64,000 nucleotides of DNA. Origin: an uncultured delta proteobacterium. GTDB taxonomy: Bacteria; Desulfobacterota; Desulfobacteria; Desulfobacterales; Desulfosalsimonadaceae. Shown piece by piece: positions 50,455 to 60,453 of the stretch. The stretch spans positions 416,001 through 480,000 of the forward strand of contig CAWGYD010000001.1 of NCBI GenBank assembly GCA_963826785.1, read 5' to 3'. Below the pieces are notes generated by a model. That model searched no databases and had not been told where the DNA came from. It saw only the letters and a list, made by a program, of their open reading frames with translations. A program made the position numbers and the translations under genes. Positions within the stretch are counted from its first letter, which is position 1. Each line of letters opens with the position of its first letter.

Positions 50455-50544
50455 CTGTTTTCGTCCTTTCATGAACGTTATTTACAGCCGCCCGGCCCTG
50501 CGGACGGGTTCTGCAGGTCAAGAGCCGGGATTTTCCCGGGCCGG

Positions 50545-51336
50545 TCAATTGGCTTCACTAATTTCCTTCATGCTGCCTGTTGTGCCGGATTCTTTTATAT
50601 TGAACTTCCGGTAAAAAGCGGTGGCCACAACATCCGCCGCGTGCCGGGGAGACGCGATGTAATCGCAGTTGATGACCATATCGAATTCTTTGGCCGGCGC
50701 CGATTTTTTATCAAATACGCGGCTGAAGAAATTGGCCTGCTCCCGATCGAGTTTTTCGAGATGGTAGGCCGCCTCCAGTTCCGATATTTCCATGATACCG
50801 GCCACGCGCCGGATGCGGAATGTCTCGCTGCAGATCAGACGAACGGCCAGGACACGCTCCCGGGGCAGGATCAGATGCGCTCCCCGTCCCACAAAGATGC
50901 CCGGCCCGAGGTCGGCCAGGCTCAGAATGGATTTGAACAGCAGGTGGCTGTAATCGCTTTTGACCCGGGTTTTGTTTCCGAACACCGCGGCGATGATGTC
51001 TTCAATCTCGCTCCGGCAGCGTTCTTCCATGAAGAATGCCAGCCTTTTGTCCAGCCCGTTTTCATTGGCCAGGTACTCCAGGATCTGTCGGTCGATTACG
51101 GGAAGCCCGATATCCCTGCTCAGTAAATCAGCCGTTTCCAGGGCACCCACGCCGATCATGCGGGAAAAGCAGACTACGGGAAAGCCCGTCGGCGCCGATG
51201 GGGTACTGACGCGTTTTGCAGTCCAGTCCTTGAATATCTGCTCGATGTGATCCCTTTCCAGCAGCGATTTTTGTTCCCTGTATCTCCCCGGATAGTATTG
51301 GCCGGCCTTGTCACCGTCGAAATCCATATGATTCAC
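50545..51336 (-). CDS. Cytidylate-kinase-like family protein (paralog of 48948)
   Basis: CFSRMIGVGALE, FVGRGAHLILPRERVLAVR, FDMVIN. Start may be ATG 51327. Confidence 0.85.
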   Translation of the reverse strand: MNHMDFDGDKAGQYYPGRYREQKSLLERDHIEQIFKDWTAKRVSTPSAPTGFPVVCFSRMIGVGALETADLLSRDIGLPVIDRQILEYLANENGLDKRLAFFMEERCRSEIEDIIAAVFGNKTRVKSDYSHLLFKSILSLADLGPGIFVGRGAHLILPRERVLAVRLICSETFRIRRVAGIMEISELEAAYHLEKLDREQANFFSRVFDKKSAPAKEFDMVINCDYIASPRHAADVVATAFYRKFNIKESGTTGSMKEISEAN

Positions 51337-51405
51337 CTTTCTTTTCCCTCCGGAAATGCTGATGTCGTTTGAATCAACAACCCCTCCCCATGATTGAAAG
51401 TAAAA

Positions 51406-51421
51406 TTCAAGAAGTATGCCA
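51406..51421 (-). promoter_or_regulatory. Probable sigma-54 promoter (variant -12)
   Basis: Minus strand TGGCATACTTCTTGAA, close to the 32636 element. UAS copy about 100 bp upstream. Confidence 0.6.
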
Positions 51422-51495
51422 CTGGCCGGAAAAGAACCCCCGCGCGGTTCCTGCTATTTTTCAAGAAGATGAAATGATCTCAAGAGGGGAAAGAA

Positions 51496-51521
51496 TGCCG
51501 GGTTTTTTTACAACCTGTAAA
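51496..51521 (-). promoter_or_regulatory. Candidate enhancer (UAS), copy 3
   Basis: Minus strand TTTACA-GGT-TGTAAAA-AAAC-CCGGCA (last half-site degenerate). Confidence 0.55.
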
Positions 51522-51881
51522 AGAAACCTTGGGAATAAAGGCGTCCTTTGGGGAGGGATGGAAATCGGGGCGCAAATTTTTTTTTGCGCATGAAAATTTT
51601 TTTAAAAGCGCTCCGGCGTTTGGCTGCGCAGGTTGAATTTAAAGATATTCCTAATGGTTCAAGCGTTTATTAATTGAAATCGGGCGCAAGGCCGTTGGCT
51701 GAAAAATGTAAAAAATCACCCCGCCTTTCCCGTCAAACGGATGGAATCGATTTTCGGCATGATTTCTGAATAAACACCAATTTCAGAGCCGGGAAATCGC
51801 CCGGTCATACACGGGCGGTCACCCCGCTGGAATATGAAACGGTTGTAATTTGAAACATATGGATCAAATCGGAAGCCATAC

Positions 51882-53575
51882 ATGAGCAGGGACCGGCAGA
51901 ACAAAAACGCCTATTATCAATCCTTGACCCGGAACATGATCCTCACGGTCATCGTTGTGTCGTTTACCCCCATGCTCGTGGTCATCTTCATTCTCTTCCA
52001 GCAATTCGGGCACTCCTACCGGGAAAAGACCTATGCGCATTTGAGCGAACTGGTCCAGAAGCACAAACAGAATATCGATACCTTCCTGGATGAAAAACTC
52101 GCCAACATCCAATTCGTGGCCGCAAACCACACCTTTGACGCCTTGAACAGCGACGAGGCGCTGAAGGAACTGCTGATCAGCCTGCGCCGGCAATACGGCA
52201 ATGTGTTCGTGGACCTGGGGCTCATCAATGAAAAAGGGCACCAGGTGGCCTATGCGGGCCCCTATGAACTGGGCGATGCGGAATATTCCGGCGCCCAGTG
52301 GTTCAAGAAGGCCATCAACGAAAACTACTACATCAGCGACGTGTTTCTGGGCCTGCGGGGATTTCCCCATTTCATCGTGGCGGTGCGGCGGCAGAACGAT
52401 GAGCAGAAATATCTGCTGCGAAGCACCATCGATTTCATGGCCTTTAACTCCCTGGTGCAGAATCTGCGGGTGGGGAAAACCGGGTTTGCCTTCATTCTCA
52501 ACCGGGAAGGCGAGTTTCAGACCAATCCCGTGGTCGATTTTACCCCCTGCCGGGAGTGCTACCTCTACTTCTGGAAAGAAGTGCAAAAAACCAAAGACAA
52601 TATCCTGACCCTCACGTGGAAGGACCAGACCGGCAAAAAGCAGCTCTACGGCGTGGGGAGCCTGAAAGGCGGCGACTGGCTGCTGATCCTCAAACAGGAG
52701 GCGTCAGATGCGTTTTCGGACCTGACCCGCATGCACTATATCGCCGTCTTTGTTTTCCTGATCGGCGGCGCGGGGATCGTGGCCATGTCGTTTTTGACCT
52801 CCAACCGGATGGTGCGCCGCATCCGGCGGGCCGATGCCGAAAAGGAGCAGATGAACGACCAAATCATCGAAACGGGCAAAATGGCCTCCCTGGGGGAACT
52901 GGCGGCCGGAATCGCCCACGAGATCAACAATCCCGTGGCCATCATGGTGGAGGAAGCCGGATGGATCGGCGATCTGCTGGAAGAAGAGGAGTTTGCCCGG
53001 AGTGAAAACCTGGAGGAATTCAACCGGGCGCTGGTCCAGATCAACACCCAGGGGAAGCGGTGCAAGGAGATCACCCACAAGCTGCTCAGCTTTGCCCGAA
53101 AGACCGATACCACATTAAAAGACGTTCAGATCAACGAACTGATTGTAGAGATCGTCGCCCTTTCCGGCCAGATGGCCCGGTACAACAAGGTCGCCATCCT
53201 CACCGATCTCTCGGAAAATTTGCCTTATATCAGCATCTCCCCATCCGAGATGCAGCAGGTCCTGCTCAATCTGATCAAGAATGCCGTGGACGCCATGGAA
53301 AAAACCGGCGGCACCATCACCATATCCAGCAAGATCAGCAAGCTGGAAAAGGATCACATCGTCATCATCGTGGAAGACGACGGACCGGGAATTCCCGAAT
53401 CCAACCTGCCCCGGATATTCGATCCGTTCTTCACCACCAAGCCGGTGGGGAAGGGCACCGGCCTGGGGCTTTCCATCTGCTACGGCATCATCAACAAAAT
53501 GGGGGGCAAGATCGATGTTCACAGCAAAGTGGGGGAGGGAACCGCTTCCGGGTCTGGATACCGATCCAGAAATAG
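51882..53575 (+). CDS. Cache-domain sensor histidine kinase (paralog of 33120); apparent 1-nt deletion near 53542
   Basis: [37 protein letters not shown]. The expected last strand GT-RFRVWIP is in the shifted frame ending at 53575. Confidence 0.9.
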
Positions 53576-53584
53576 GAAAAAAAG

Positions 53585-54010
53585 ATGAGCGCGGAGCACA
53601 CGGGAGACCAGCCCATACGGCTGCTTCTGATCGATGACGAGACGGGGTATGTGGATGTCCTGGCCAACCGCCTGGGGAAACGGGGGATTGCCGTGACCAA
53701 GGCATACAGCGGCACACAGGCCATCCAGGCGGTCCGGGGGCATGATTTCGACGTGGCGCTTTTAGACCTCAAGATGGAGGACATGGACGGCATCGAGGTC
53801 TTGAAAGTGTTCAACCGCATGGGCATGGACATGATGGTGATCATGCTCACCGGCCACGGCTCCCAGGAAGCCGCCATGGAAGGGCTGAGAAACGGGGCTT
53901 TTGACTACCTCACCAAGCCCTGCGAACTTGACGAACTCCTGGAGAAGATCATGGCCGCCTATGAAAAGCGCAACGAGACGATTGCCGGAAGAAGCAGAGA
54001 AGATCAATGA
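53585..54010 (+). CDS. Single-domain response regulator
   Basis: LLIDDE, LLDLKM, MLTGHG, DYLTKP. Confidence 0.92.
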   Translation: MSAEHTGDQPIRLLLIDDETGYVDVLANRLGKRGIAVTKAYSGTQAIQAVRGHDFDVALLDLKMEDMDGIEVLKVFNRMGMDMMVIMLTGHGSQEAAMEGLRNGAFDYLTKPCELDELLEKIMAAYEKRNETIAGRSREDQ

Positions 54011-54074
54011 ATGCATCCGCGGTGTGAAAAACGGGCGGATGCGATGGGGTGAACCGCAAAAGGGCAGGTTGTAA

Positions 54075-54479
54075 ATGGAAAAGATCAATTTATTGATCGT
54101 AGACGACGAAGATCGATTTCTGACTTCGACCGCAAAACTGCTGGGCAAAAGAGGATATACCATTTTCACGGCATCCGATGCGGCAAAAGCGCTTAAGGTG
54201 CTGGAAGCCGAAGCGATTCAGCTGGCCCTGCTCGATGTGAAAATGCCGGGGATGAACGGCATCGATCTTCTCCGGGAAATCAAGAAGCGCTGGCCCCTGG
54301 TGGAAGTGGTCATGCTGACCGGGCATGCCACCTTCGATTCGGCCGTGACCGGGCTGAAAACCGGGGCCAGTGATTACCTGATGAAGCCTGCGCACCCCGA
54401 TGAACTGCTCCAGAAGCTCCAGGAGGCCTTTGAGAAGCGAAAGATCAGCGAGGAAAAAATACGCCATGGCAGATCATGA
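54075..54479 (+). CDS. Single-domain response regulator
   Basis: LIVDDE, LLDVKMP, MLTGHA, DYLMKP. Confidence 0.92.
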   Translation: MEKINLLIVDDEDRFLTSTAKLLGKRGYTIFTASDAAKALKVLEAEAIQLALLDVKMPGMNGIDLLREIKKRWPLVEVVMLTGHATFDSAVTGLKTGASDYLMKPAHPDELLQKLQEAFEKRKISEEKIRHGRS

Positions 54480-54545
54480 CGCATTTAAAAATCTATATCA
54501 ATTTTCAAATGTTAACTTTTCAGCAGCACAGGAGGTGGAATTGAG

Positions 54546-54965
54546 GTGAAAATCCTTTTTGTAGATGATGAACCCGATTTTCTCGAAGTCATCTTGAAAC
54601 GGATGCGAAAGCGGGGCGTGGATGCGACCGGCGTTCAGGACGGCGACGAAGCGGTGGCACTGCTGGAAAAAGACGGTTTCGACGTGGTGGTTTTAGATGT
54701 CAAGCTGGGCGGCGGTGTCAGCGGCATCGATATCTTAAAGCAGATCAAGCAGCGCAAGCCGCTGACCGAGGTCATCATGCTCACCGGGCATGCCCTGCTG
54801 GAGGCGGCCAAGGAGGGAATTGAAAACGGCGCATTCGACTTCATGGTCAAGCCGGCCGGAATCGATGAACTCTTCTACAAAATCTGCGACGCCTGCAAGA
54901 AAAAGACGATTCAGGAAGCAAAGATCAGCTGCATCGAGAAATTAATTAAGGATCCAAATCCATAA
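54546..54965 (+). CDS. Single-domain response regulator
   Basis: LFVDDE, VLDVKL, MLTGHA, DFMVKP. GTG start with SD GGAGG. Confidence 0.92.
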   Translation: MKILFVDDEPDFLEVILKRMRKRGVDATGVQDGDEAVALLEKDGFDVVVLDVKLGGGVSGIDILKQIKQRKPLTEVIMLTGHALLEAAKEGIENGAFDFMVKPAGIDELFYKICDACKKKTIQEAKISCIEKLIKDPNP

Positions 54966-54988
54966 ACATCAACCAAAAAGAGGTTCTT

Positions 54989-56272
54989 ATGAAATTCATC
55001 AGAAAAATGGGTCAATTCATGTACATGGGGGCAAGGGCCCATGCGGATTGGGAAATCCAGACCGCCCGGGTCATTCTGGGGGATCGAAGGCGCATTTTTG
55101 TCCTGGGGCTGATGCTGCTTCCGATCATCATCGGCGGCATCGTGTTTGCCGATGAAGTGGCATCCGGGCTCCCTTCCGTCATCGGCGGCAAAACCGCCTA
55201 CAGCCCTTCCTTTTTCACCCTGCAGATTTTTATCGCCTCCATTCTCATCGGGTTGTGCGCCGGCCTGATCACCGGGTGCATCGGTGCGGGCGGCGGGTTC
55301 ATCATCGCCCCGGCCCTGATGAGCGCGGGCATCAAGGGGATCCTGGCGGTGGGGACCGACCTGTTCCACATCTTTGCCAAGGCGATCATGGGAAGCGTGC
55401 TCCACCGGAAGCTGGGCAACATTTCCGTGTCGCTCGCCGTCACCTTCCTGATCGGGTCCATATTCGGCGCCACGGTGGGCGGACTGATCAACCGGGCGCT
55501 CTACGAACTGAACCCCATCTTCAGCGACGTGTTCATCACCACCATCTATGTCCTGATGCTCGGCATACTGGGAATCTATTCCCTGGTGGACTATTTCCAG
55601 GCCAGAAAAGCGGTTTCGGGAGGCGGTGAGTTCCATGCGGGCAAGGATGAAGGGACCGAAATGGGGAACCTGCCGAAGAGGCTCCAGGCCATGAAGATCC
55701 CCCCCATGGTGACGTTCGATCAGTCCATCGTCCCCGGCGGGCGCCAGATTTCCACCTGGTTTCTGATCCTGAGCGGCTTTTTCGTGGGTCTTGCGGCGGC
55801 GATCATGGGCGTGGGCGGCGGATTTCTGACCTTCCCGATCTTCGTCTATGTCCTGGGGGTCTCCTCCATGACCACCGTGGGAACCGACATTTTCCAGATC
55901 ATTTTCACCGCCGGGTATGCGGCCATCGGCCAGTATGCCATCTATGGTTTTATCTTCTACACCCTGGCCATGGGCATGCTGCTGGGCTCGCTGTTGGGGA
56001 TTCAGATCGGCGCACTGGCCACCCAGGTGGTCAAGGGCATCACCATCCGCGGGTTTTACGCCATGGCGGTCCTTGCCGGGTTCGTCAACCGGTTTTTTGC
56101 ACTGCCGGCCAAACTGGCATCGGTGGGGCTGATCCCGCTGTCAAAGGAGACGGGGAAAATTTTAGACTATTGCGGCATTCTGTTTTTCTTCGTGCTGATC
56201 GGTATTTTCGCGGTCTGGGTCATTTCCACATTCCTGATGAACATTAAAAAACTAAAAGGTCAGGAGGCCTGA
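54989..56272 (+). CDS. TauE/SafE (TSUP) family membrane transporter
   Basis: Two repeats G.GGGF...P followed by VGTD (GAGGGFIIAP, GVGGGFLTFP). Confidence 0.9.
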   Translation: MKFIRKMGQFMYMGARAHADWEIQTARVILGDRRRIFVLGLMLLPIIIGGIVFADEVASGLPSVIGGKTAYSPSFFTLQIFIASILIGLCAGLITGCIGAGGGFIIAPALMSAGIKGILAVGTDLFHIFAKAIMGSVLHRKLGNISVSLAVTFLIGSIFGATVGGLINRALYELNPIFSDVFITTIYVLMLGILGIYSLVDYFQARKAVSGGGEFHAGKDEGTEMGNLPKRLQAMKIPPMVTFDQSIVPGGRQISTWFLILSGFFVGLAAAIMGVGGGFLTFPIFVYVLGVSSMTTVGTDIFQIIFTAGYAAIGQYAIYGFIFYTLAMGMLLGSLLGIQIGALATQVVKGITIRGFYAMAVLAGFVNRFFALPAKLASVGLIPLSKETGKILDYCGILFFFVLIGIFAVWVISTFLMNIKKLKGQEA

Positions 56273-56276
56273 TATC

Positions 56277-56963
56277 ATGGTAGCCAATAAAAAAGAATTT
56301 GCGCTGGGCGCAGGGATGATGGGCGGATTCATCATCGTGTTCATCCTTTTGTTCATGCCTGTCATCAACGGCCATAATGCCATCAATTACCTGGATGGCC
56401 TGTTCAATTCCATTTCCAAGGGTTCGGCCTACTATATTCCCAGCCTCCGGGAGGAGGTCCAGGCGGTGTCCGGCAAGCAGGTCGACCTGGAGTTGACCCT
56501 TCCTTCTGAGGAAATGGCAATGAACAGCCGGACCATATTGTCGAAAAATGAAATTCCGGCCACCGTGGAAGGGGCCGTTGTCCATGTTCAGGGCGGGCTG
56601 GCCAAAATCCTGGATGCGGCGCTTCAGGATTCGGACAACCTGTTTCACAATGAGGGGGATATCCTCGAAGCCAAGTACGGCATCGAACGCCGGCCGGTGT
56701 TGTATACATGGTGGAATATGTTAAAATCCACGCAGAAGGCGCTAAACGATCAGGAACTCTTCAAGGAAGCCAAAATCACCTATTCCGTGATGACAAAAGC
56801 GGTTGAAACTGCTTATAATTACTATAAGATCGTTCCGGAGAACATGTCCGACAAGGTGGGCATGGTCATCCTGGCGCTGGTCTTTTACGTGGTGTACACC
56901 GTATGGTACGGCTATGCCATCCTGTTCATGTTCGAAGGATGGGGGCTCAAGATCGGCCATTGA
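56277..56963 (+). CDS. Membrane-anchored hypothetical protein, TauE partner
   Basis: N- and C-terminal TM segments around a soluble domain. SD GGAGG. Directly follows tauE. Confidence 0.75.
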   Translation: MVANKKEFALGAGMMGGFIIVFILLFMPVINGHNAINYLDGLFNSISKGSAYYIPSLREEVQAVSGKQVDLELTLPSEEMAMNSRTILSKNEIPATVEGAVVHVQGGLAKILDAALQDSDNLFHNEGDILEAKYGIERRPVLYTWWNMLKSTQKALNDQELFKEAKITYSVMTKAVETAYNYYKIVPENMSDKVGMVILALVFYVVYTVWYGYAILFMFEGWGLKIGH

Positions 56964-57067
56964 CGGATGATGAATAAAGGGGGGACGGGATTGCCGGTCC
57001 CCCTGATCCAAAATGCAAAATATTGGCGATTTGACTTTTTGGCCAAGCCTGTTGACCGTGGAATAAA

Positions 57068-59676
57068 ATGGCTGAAGACAACAGCTTCATCGAAAATTTA
57101 AAAAGCCGGTTCCGGAGGAAAAAGCCCGATGCGCCTTCCAACACGGAAGAGCTGCGCATCGACTTCAAGGAACGGTACCATAATTTCAAGCTCCTGCTGA
57201 ACGCCAACAACAAGGCCCTGGAGATCATGGCGGATATCGAACAGGCGCTCGGGGGCAGACAGCCGTTCGGCATGTCGTTTGTCAAGACCAGCTGCCTTTC
57301 CATCACCGTGGACATCCTGCGCCTGCTCAAGCACCTGGAGCAACTCAGCGGCGGAAAGTACAATGCCCTGTACCCGCGCTTCGATGCCATCTGCGCGGAA
57401 ATCCGCAGCCGGATCGAACAGAAAAGAGAAACCAGGGACGATCGGCTGATCATCCCCCTTCCGAAATCGATCGAACCATGGCGGACCTGGTGGGAAGCAA
57501 GATGGCCAACCTCGGAGAGATCGCCAACCGGATAGGCCTGCGGGTTCCCGGTGGATTTGTCATCACGGCCCGGGCATACCAGCTTTTCCTGGATCACAAC
57601 GACCTTCAGAACGAAATCGACAAGCGGTGCCTCACCTGTGACCTCAACGACATGGAGGCGTTCTTCGCCCTCAGCACCGAGATCCGGGAGCTGATCATGG
57701 CCGCCGATATACCCGGGCAGCTCGCCATTGAAATTGAAAAATCCTATGCGACCCTCCGATCCGGCATGGGAAGGCCGATCACCATGGCCTTGAGAAGCAG
57801 CGCCATCGGGGAGGACTCTCCGGAAAATTCCTTTGCCGGGCAATACCGCTCGGAGCTGAACGTCCACCATGAGAACCTGCTGAGCGTCTATAAATCCATC
57901 ATCGCGGGCAAATACGGAGTAAATGCGATAACCTATCGCCAGAACCGGGGGATTCGCGACGAGGACATCGCCATGAGCGTGGGATGCATCGCCATGGTGG
58001 ATGCCCGGTCCGGGGGGGTGATGTATTCCAGAAACCCCATCGATGCCGCCGACAATTCCGTTTTCATCAACTCCGCCTGGGGACTGCCCAAGGCGGTGGT
58101 GGACGGCAGCATCAACTGCGACCTGTTCATCATTGCCCGTTCTCCCCGTCTCCGGCTCACCTACCGGGAAATAAAAGAGAAGCAGTCCCGGTTCACCTGT
58201 TTTTCAGATGAGGGGGTCTGCCGGTTCGAGATGACCGGCGCCGGAAAAGATGACCCTTCCCTCACCGACGATCAGGCGCTGGCACTGGCCGACCTGGCTT
58301 TGCAGATGGAGCAGTATTATGGTTCGGCCCGGGATATCGAATGGGCCATCGACAAGGACGGCGCCATTTACATCCTGCAGTGCCGACCGTTGAAGCAGAT
58401 GGCGGAATCCACAATCGAGTACCCCGAAGCCCTTACCGGTTTGAAGCAGAACGTGATCGCCTCCGGGGGGGAGGTGATCTGCCCGGGGGCCGCTTCCGGC
58501 GAGGTGTTTGTGGTGAACAGTCCCGGGGATATGATGGGTTTTCCCGATCGCGCCATTCTGGTCACCCGCCAGGCGCTCCCCCTGTGGGCCTCTTTGCTCA
58601 ACAAGGCCGCGGCAGTGGTTTCGGAGCACGGGACCTTTGCCGGCCATCTTGCCAACGTGGCCCGGGAATTCAACGTCCCCGCGCTTTTCGGCATCAAGGA
58701 TATCATGGAGCAGCTCAAGAACGGGGACTTGATCACCGTGGATGCGGGCCAGACCACCATATACAGGGGCACGATCGATATCCCCCCGCCTGTCCCCAAA
58801 ACGCCGGTCAACCGGATGGAGGGGAGCCCTGTTTTCAACCTGCTCAAGGAGGTCAGCCAATTCATCGTCCCCTTGAATCTTTTGGATCCCTACGCCCCGG
58901 AGTTCAAACCGGAAAACTGCGCCACCTACCATGACATCACGCGCTTTTCACATGAAAAATCGGTGCAGGAGATGTTCAACTTCGGAAAGGAGCACAATTT
59001 CTCCGAACGCTCCAGCAAACAGCTTTATTACAAGGTCCCCATGCAGTGGTGGATCCTGAACCTGGATGACGGATTCACCGAGGAGATCAAAGGCAAATAC
59101 GTAACCCTTGCCCAGATCGCCTCCATTCCCATGCAGGCCCTGTGGGAAGGGATCATCGCCGTCCCCTGGGAGGGGCCGCCCCCCATCGACAGAAAAGGGC
59201 TCGCTTCGGTGATGTTTCAGTCCACCACCAACCGGGGGCTTGAACCCGGGATGCGCTCGGCCTTTACCGAACGCAATTATTTCATGATATCGAAGAATTT
59301 CTGCAGTTTCACCTCTCGTCTGGGGTATCATTTTTCCATTGTCGAGGCCCTGGTCAGCGAACGGGACATGGAAAACTACATCAGTTTCCAGTTCAAGGGC
59401 GGGGCGGCCGATCAGCACCGCCGGGCCCGGAGGGTTCAGTTTATCGCCGACATCCTCTCCGAACACGGCTTCCGGGTGGAGATCCGGGACGATACCCTCA
59501 TCTCCCGGCTGGAGGGATTCGAAAAAACCTACATGCTGGAGCGGCTCCGGATTCTCGGCTACCTGGTGATGCACACCCGGCAGCTGGACATGATCATGTC
59601 CAACAGCGCCGCCATCAATTACTATCGCTCCAAGATCGACACGGATATCAAGACCCGCCTGATCGGGAGCAACTAA
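57068..59676 (+). CDS. PEP-synthase/PPDK-like dikinase (ATP-grasp plus phospho-His domain); apparent 1-nt deletion near 57460
   Basis: VGSKMANLGE, VPGGF, LRSSAIGED, SFAGQY, DIEWA, LQCRPL, AGHLANVAREF. The upstream ORF joins as LIIPL/SEIDRTMADLVG if one T is restored. Confidence 0.85.
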
Positions 59677-59690
59677 AGGAGTGGCCGTTC

Positions 59691-60197
59691 ATGAGGAACA
59701 AGAAAATCAACCTGCTGTTTGTAGACGATGAAGAGCGATTCCTCGCCTCCATGCGAAAGCGCCTGGAGTCCCGGGATTTCAACGTAACGGCCGTAGACCG
59801 GGGGCAGAAAGCCATCGAAGCGGCACGGGAAAAACCGATGGACATCGCCCTGGTGGATTTAAAAATGCCCGGCATCGACGGAGAGGAAACCCTCCGGTTG
59901 CTCAAGAAGGAGCATCCCTGTATGGAGATCGTCATCCTCACCGGGCACGGCAACATCGATTCTGCCGTGGGGTGCACCCAGAGCGGCGCCTATTCCTACC
60001 TCCAGAAGCCCTGTGAAATGGATCACCTGATGGACGTGCTGAAAAAAGCGTACACGAAGCGGGTGATGAATAAACATCGCATCGAAGAGAAGAAGATGGA
60101 CGAACTGCTCAAGCTGTCCCGGTCGGGTTCGGCCCGGGATATCCTGAAACGGTTAAAGGAAATCGATTCGGGCGCAACGGTTGAGTTCCTGAGATGA
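59691..60197 (+). CDS. Response regulator receiver with short helical tail
   Basis: LFVDDE, LVDLKMP, ILTGHG, YLQKP. Confidence 0.9.
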   Translation: MRNKKINLLFVDDEERFLASMRKRLESRDFNVTAVDRGQKAIEAAREKPMDIALVDLKMPGIDGEETLRLLKKEHPCMEIVILTGHGNIDSAVGCTQSGAYSYLQKPCEMDHLMDVLKKAYTKRVMNKHRIEEKKMDELLKLSRSGSARDILKRLKEIDSGATVEFLR

Positions 60198-60317
60198 CGC
60201 CTTTGGATGGATGGCCGGCTATCGCCATTACATGCGCTGCCGCCGAAAATCCGGGGTTTGTGATCATTGCGGATGGAATGGTTCCATCATTTTTTTAAAA
60301 ACCCTGACACTGATGAC

Positions 60318-60385
60318 AACATAAAAATCCGGTTTATGCGGTTGGCGCCTCCAGGTCAAATCGCATGACCGGGTTTTTATGTTTT
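60318..60385 (+). terminator. Long imperfect hairpin, probable terminator
   Basis: AACATAAAAATCCGGTTTATGCGGTT...AATCGCATGACCGGGTTTTTATGTT. The mismatches are G.U pairs on the plus strand. Confidence 0.55.
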
Positions 60386-60453
60386 GGCGGGCAAATCCTT
60401 GACGCGCGTCAAAGCCTCTGGATTTCCTGAATTAAAGGGGTTATGATGCCCAC

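Noticed and set aside
51755..51770. Sigma-54 promoter for the 51882 kinase (CGGCATGATTTCTGAA)
   Set aside because: It deviates at both the -24 and -12 elements, too weak to call by eye.
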